From the human T2T-CHM13v2.0 reference genome, Homo sapiens, in assembly GCF_009914755.1 (NCBI RefSeq), contig NC_060929.1: a stretch of 64,000 nucleotides of DNA. One strand, 5' to 3'. The notes beneath the pieces were generated by a model that was given only the letters and a program-made list of their open reading frames with translations, ran no database searches and was not told the origin of the DNA. Every line of letters starts with the position of its first letter. The stretch's first letter is position 1. Both the position numbers and the translations under genes were made by a program. Positions 59,854 through 64,000 of the stretch are shown here, in pieces.

Positions 59854-60530
59854 TTTACAGTTTTTCTAGAATTGTTGTTTTCTGGCGCCACAGTCCCCCA
59901 CTGTTACTACTTTAGTTGATACCTTTATTAGTTCAGATACCCCCTCTTCTAGGAAGCCTTCCCTGGCTTTCCCCTGCTAATACAGGGTCGCAGAGGTGTA
60001 GATACGTTTCCACCTTATCACAGTTACTGCATCACAATGGAATGCACTGTTAACATGTCTATCTTCCTCATAGAGGCTTCTTGAAGGTACTGTGTCTTTA
60101 TCTGGCACATTCTTTGCATTGCCTAGAGGACAGAGTCTGCATTCTTGGCAGGACAAATAAGAGCCTTAGCAGCCTTCGCAAGCCCCTCTACCAGCTTTAT
60201 TGCCTGCTGCTCTCCTGGCAGAAACCCTGTCCCTCTCTCAACGTCCTAATGCCCTCAGCACTTCATCCTTAGTATGCTTCCCTCTTCCCTAGCTCCATCA
60301 GAATTCTTTACCTACTTCAAAGTAAATTGAAAGCTTAGCTTTCAATCTTTCCGTAAAGTTAGCCCTATTGATCCCTCCCTGGAGTACCTGTCACTGTCAC
60401 TCATACATTACCAGCACATGCTGTCATGCTCCAAACTAAACTGGAGGGTTCCACTAGGACCATGTTTGATGTATTTTTGTGGCATCTGGAGCAAAGTTCA
60501 TCCTGCCTGAGAAGTGTACCATTTTTAATG

Positions 60531-60831
<301 letters not shown>

Positions 60832-60964
60832 AGTTATTTTTAATCACAAAAGCAATGCATTCTCTATTAGAAATGACACATACAAATATTGATGAGCATA
60901 AAGTAAAAAGTGAAATGCTACTCTGCAAAGGTAACAACCGTTAACAGTGCTAGACCTGTTGCTG

Positions 60965-61200
60965 GAGAAGCAGTGTGTGGTAGGGAATAAGTGTTCAGGC
61001 TAGAAGGACTGAGTTGGAAGCCCAGCGTGGCCACTTCCCAGCTCAGTGACCTTCGATGGGCTACTTTATCTCTCTCTGCCTCAGTTTCTTTATCTACACG
61101 ATGGGGATAATAGTAGTATCTACCTCATTGGATTGTTGTGAATATGCAAGTTAATACACATTAAACATACTGCCTGACACACAATCGCTGCTAAAACATC
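60965..61200 (+). mobile_element. MIR
   Basis: CTCTCTGCCTCAGTTTCTTTATCTACACGATGGGGATAATAGTAGTATCTACCTCA matches the MIR core. Confidence 0.8.
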
Positions 61201-62842
61201 GGCACTATTAATCTTTCACACACTTTGTTAAAAGCTTACACACAAATATACCATTGTTTTTATGAAAACGGAATCATATGTATTGTTCTGTAATATGCTT
61301 TATTTGGATAGTATTCTCCTATGCAGATATGTCTTATCACTGAATGATTAGGGTATCTCTAATATTCTGCTCTTTCAAATAATTCTGCAGTAAACTTCAG
61401 CATGTATGTATCTTTGTAGTCTATTTCTGAATGATTGATGACTAAAAGCAGAGCTGTTAGAGCACCAAGCATGTGCATGTAAAATCCAGAGAGATGTTGC
61501 TAAATTACCTCCCAAAATTATTCTCCCAAAAGGATGCTGTTTTCTCCTACTCCTTCAGAAGATATTCTCCACTATAAATTCCATACAGTTTTATTTAAAG
61601 TCATTTTTATTACTCGGGTGGTGCATGAATGCTTACTATTTGTGTAAGTAAAATAGAAAATGCTATATATAAGGGAAAACATGAAAGTACGCTGCGCATG
61701 CACGCACGCACACACACTCACAAACATGAAGACCCCCACTACATTCACTCTAATTTGAATAGACTTCTAAACTGATTACCCTGGAAATGACTGGGAACCC
61801 GCATTCCGTTATAAAAAGACTCTGTGCACCATAAAGCCAAGTAAAAAGATGCTGGAGTTTCTGCTAGCAGAAATAGACAGAGAGAGAGAGGAAGAGGTGG
61901 GGGCGGCTGGGGGAAGGGTCTATATCCAGATAAGGATTTCTGTGGCCATGTCATGAATTGTATGCCTCCAGAGGACAGTTCTGTTTTTTCCCTCTGTTTG
62001 GTATTTGGTGGTCATTTCATGATAAGCAGAAAGAAAACTTTGGGATAGTGCTATTCTCTGCTGAAGGACGGATTTACCTGAATGATCTTCCAATTTTGAG
62101 TCTGGGTAGAATCTAGGGTCCTAAGTCTTAAGTGTCTGCAAATTCATTTTACCAGGCAAGATAGACTTCTTTTTGCTTCTTCATGGTGAAGATCCTTGCA
62201 ATAATCTCAGATCCTCAGGCTGGAAGCCGGTGCATTACCCCATGATGTACTTCTTTCACTAACCCATCAACTTCTATACTACCAGTGTAACACTCTTCTC
62301 AACCGGACTGCCTCATATGGGGATATAGGCTTGCCATCTTTGTGTTTATTTTTTAAAACAATTGTTTGAGTTTCCATCCAGGTTTTCTTCAAAGGGAAGA
62401 AATTTCCCCTAAATTACCAAGCCAGTTTCCTCTCATAAGGCATTGGATTAAGAGTGGCCAGTAGCTGAGTTTTGTGATTCTGAGGATAAGTAATAAGTCA
62501 AAAAGAGCTGTTGGCTAATCCTTTAGAAGGATACTAAAAGAAGAGTAAGATGATCGTAAGCTTCCTAGATCCAGGCTGTTAAAATGACCTCCATATTACC
62601 AAGACTTGTCAGTACTGTTAAGGGAAAAAAGAGGGGAACCCCTATATATAAAACCACAATCTTGTTTCATCTATAATACCCCTGGTCCCCCTCCTTCATC
62701 TACACTGCCACCCCCACCTACACCCACCACTTGATCATTTTATAGCAGATATTTTATTACATTTTTGAAAGCAAAGGAAACATAAGACAGGTGTACTATT
62801 TTAAGATTATATTAACATATTTCATGTTTCTTTAATGCCCCA

Positions 62843-62884
62843 ACACACACACACATACACACACACACACACATACACACACAC
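62843..62884. repeat. Interrupted (CA)n microsatellite
   Basis: CA run with two TA interruptions. Confidence 0.92.
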
Positions 62885-64000
62885 CAAGAGCTGATCACTT
62901 GAACAAATCATTAACCAATTGACTTGCTTCCCATTTCTGGTATAAGCTTCTGTACCAGTGCTTTATATTAATTACCAAAACCCTCCTGCAGACAGAGCAT
63001 GATACATCTTTAGTATAGGATGATGCAATAAAATGTTTATGCTGTGAAATTTGGGGACAAAATTTTTCATCATGGCATAATGTGCATGTATGGGCACACA
63101 TAGCTTTGTTTGTTTATTCTTTTTTCAGAAGTCCTTCCAATTCTAAAATGTATTGTAGTCTGACAGTGCCTCTAATATTGGTAATTCTTTTTAAGTTTAT
63201 AACTTTTCCCGAGTTTGTTTCTGCACTTTAAGGTTTCTTAACTAGGTTATTTCTAGTTGAGCTGTAATTTCAGTGTATAGTTCTCCAGAGTGTTTGTGCT
63301 AAGTGCTGAAGTTTCATTATTTTAAAGCTACCTCCCTGAAAGTATATTACAAATGTTCTACAATTGTAATATAGTGATTCACACACAAAAAAATCCCTAT
63401 TATCAGCATACCTAAACTACACACTAAATATTTAAGAAAAAAAAAGTGGAAACATTAGTAGCTTTTATACTGGAATCTTGCCATTTCTTTTTCAATTTAG
63501 AATAGAATTTGGTTGTCTTATCTTGGTACTCTGTGCTTCATGACATATCTGAAAGCATTCTTTTGGCATGGATCTGGAAGATAGTTTTAGAGCCAGACAT
63601 CAGTGTAGTAGTTCTCAAGATACTGAAAATTCATAACATTCTTATGGGTATAATAAAAAATGTTTACATATTGAATTCTATGAATTCTATAATATAAAGT
63701 AGGAGCACACTTACTATGTGAAATATAACTCCTATGCAATATAAAAGTAAAATTATAAGCATATTTCCATAAACAGTAAAAGCTATTAAATCTAAGCATG
63801 ATTGACAATTTCAAATGTTCCAATATCATTTAGGCATAATACTTCAAAGATTTCAAGCCCTTTTTCTGCTAGCATTCAGAAAAGTAGAGGACAAGAAAGG
63901 ATGAAGAAAAGCTTACAGTGAAAAAATCTTAAAATTGAGAGAATTCAATCTATTAACTTTAATCTATAAACCTTTTTTCTCCGAACTGGGTACATTGGCA

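Overview
Primate (almost certainly human) genomic DNA covering about 28 kb upstream of, and the 5' part of, SLC1A3 (EAAT1/GLAST glial glutamate transporter, + strand). It includes a TATA-less promoter, non-coding exon 1 (~28441-28588), exon 2 with the start codon (30181-30456), exon 3 (51301-51438), and runs into intron 3. The rest is mostly interspersed repeats: about 20 Alu/FLAM elements, L1, L2, MIR, MaLR and LTR8 fragments, and hAT DNA-transposon relics. Features the ORF track does not reveal: a near full-length decayed hAT (Blackjack-like) transposase on the minus strand at ~500-3320, split by an Alu and an L1 and carrying a younger 115-bp templated duplication; and an RPL39 processed pseudogene with a perfect 20-bp target-site duplication. 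I found no convincing new biological system. The best leads are regulatory: a TSS-dependent uORF, an intronic-polyadenylation 65-aa isoform, splicing control of exon 3, a possible upstream promoter, and candidate Notch/SOX9/STAT enhancers. Repeat subfamily names and TF motifs were recognised by eye and need RepeatMasker/Dfam and functional data.
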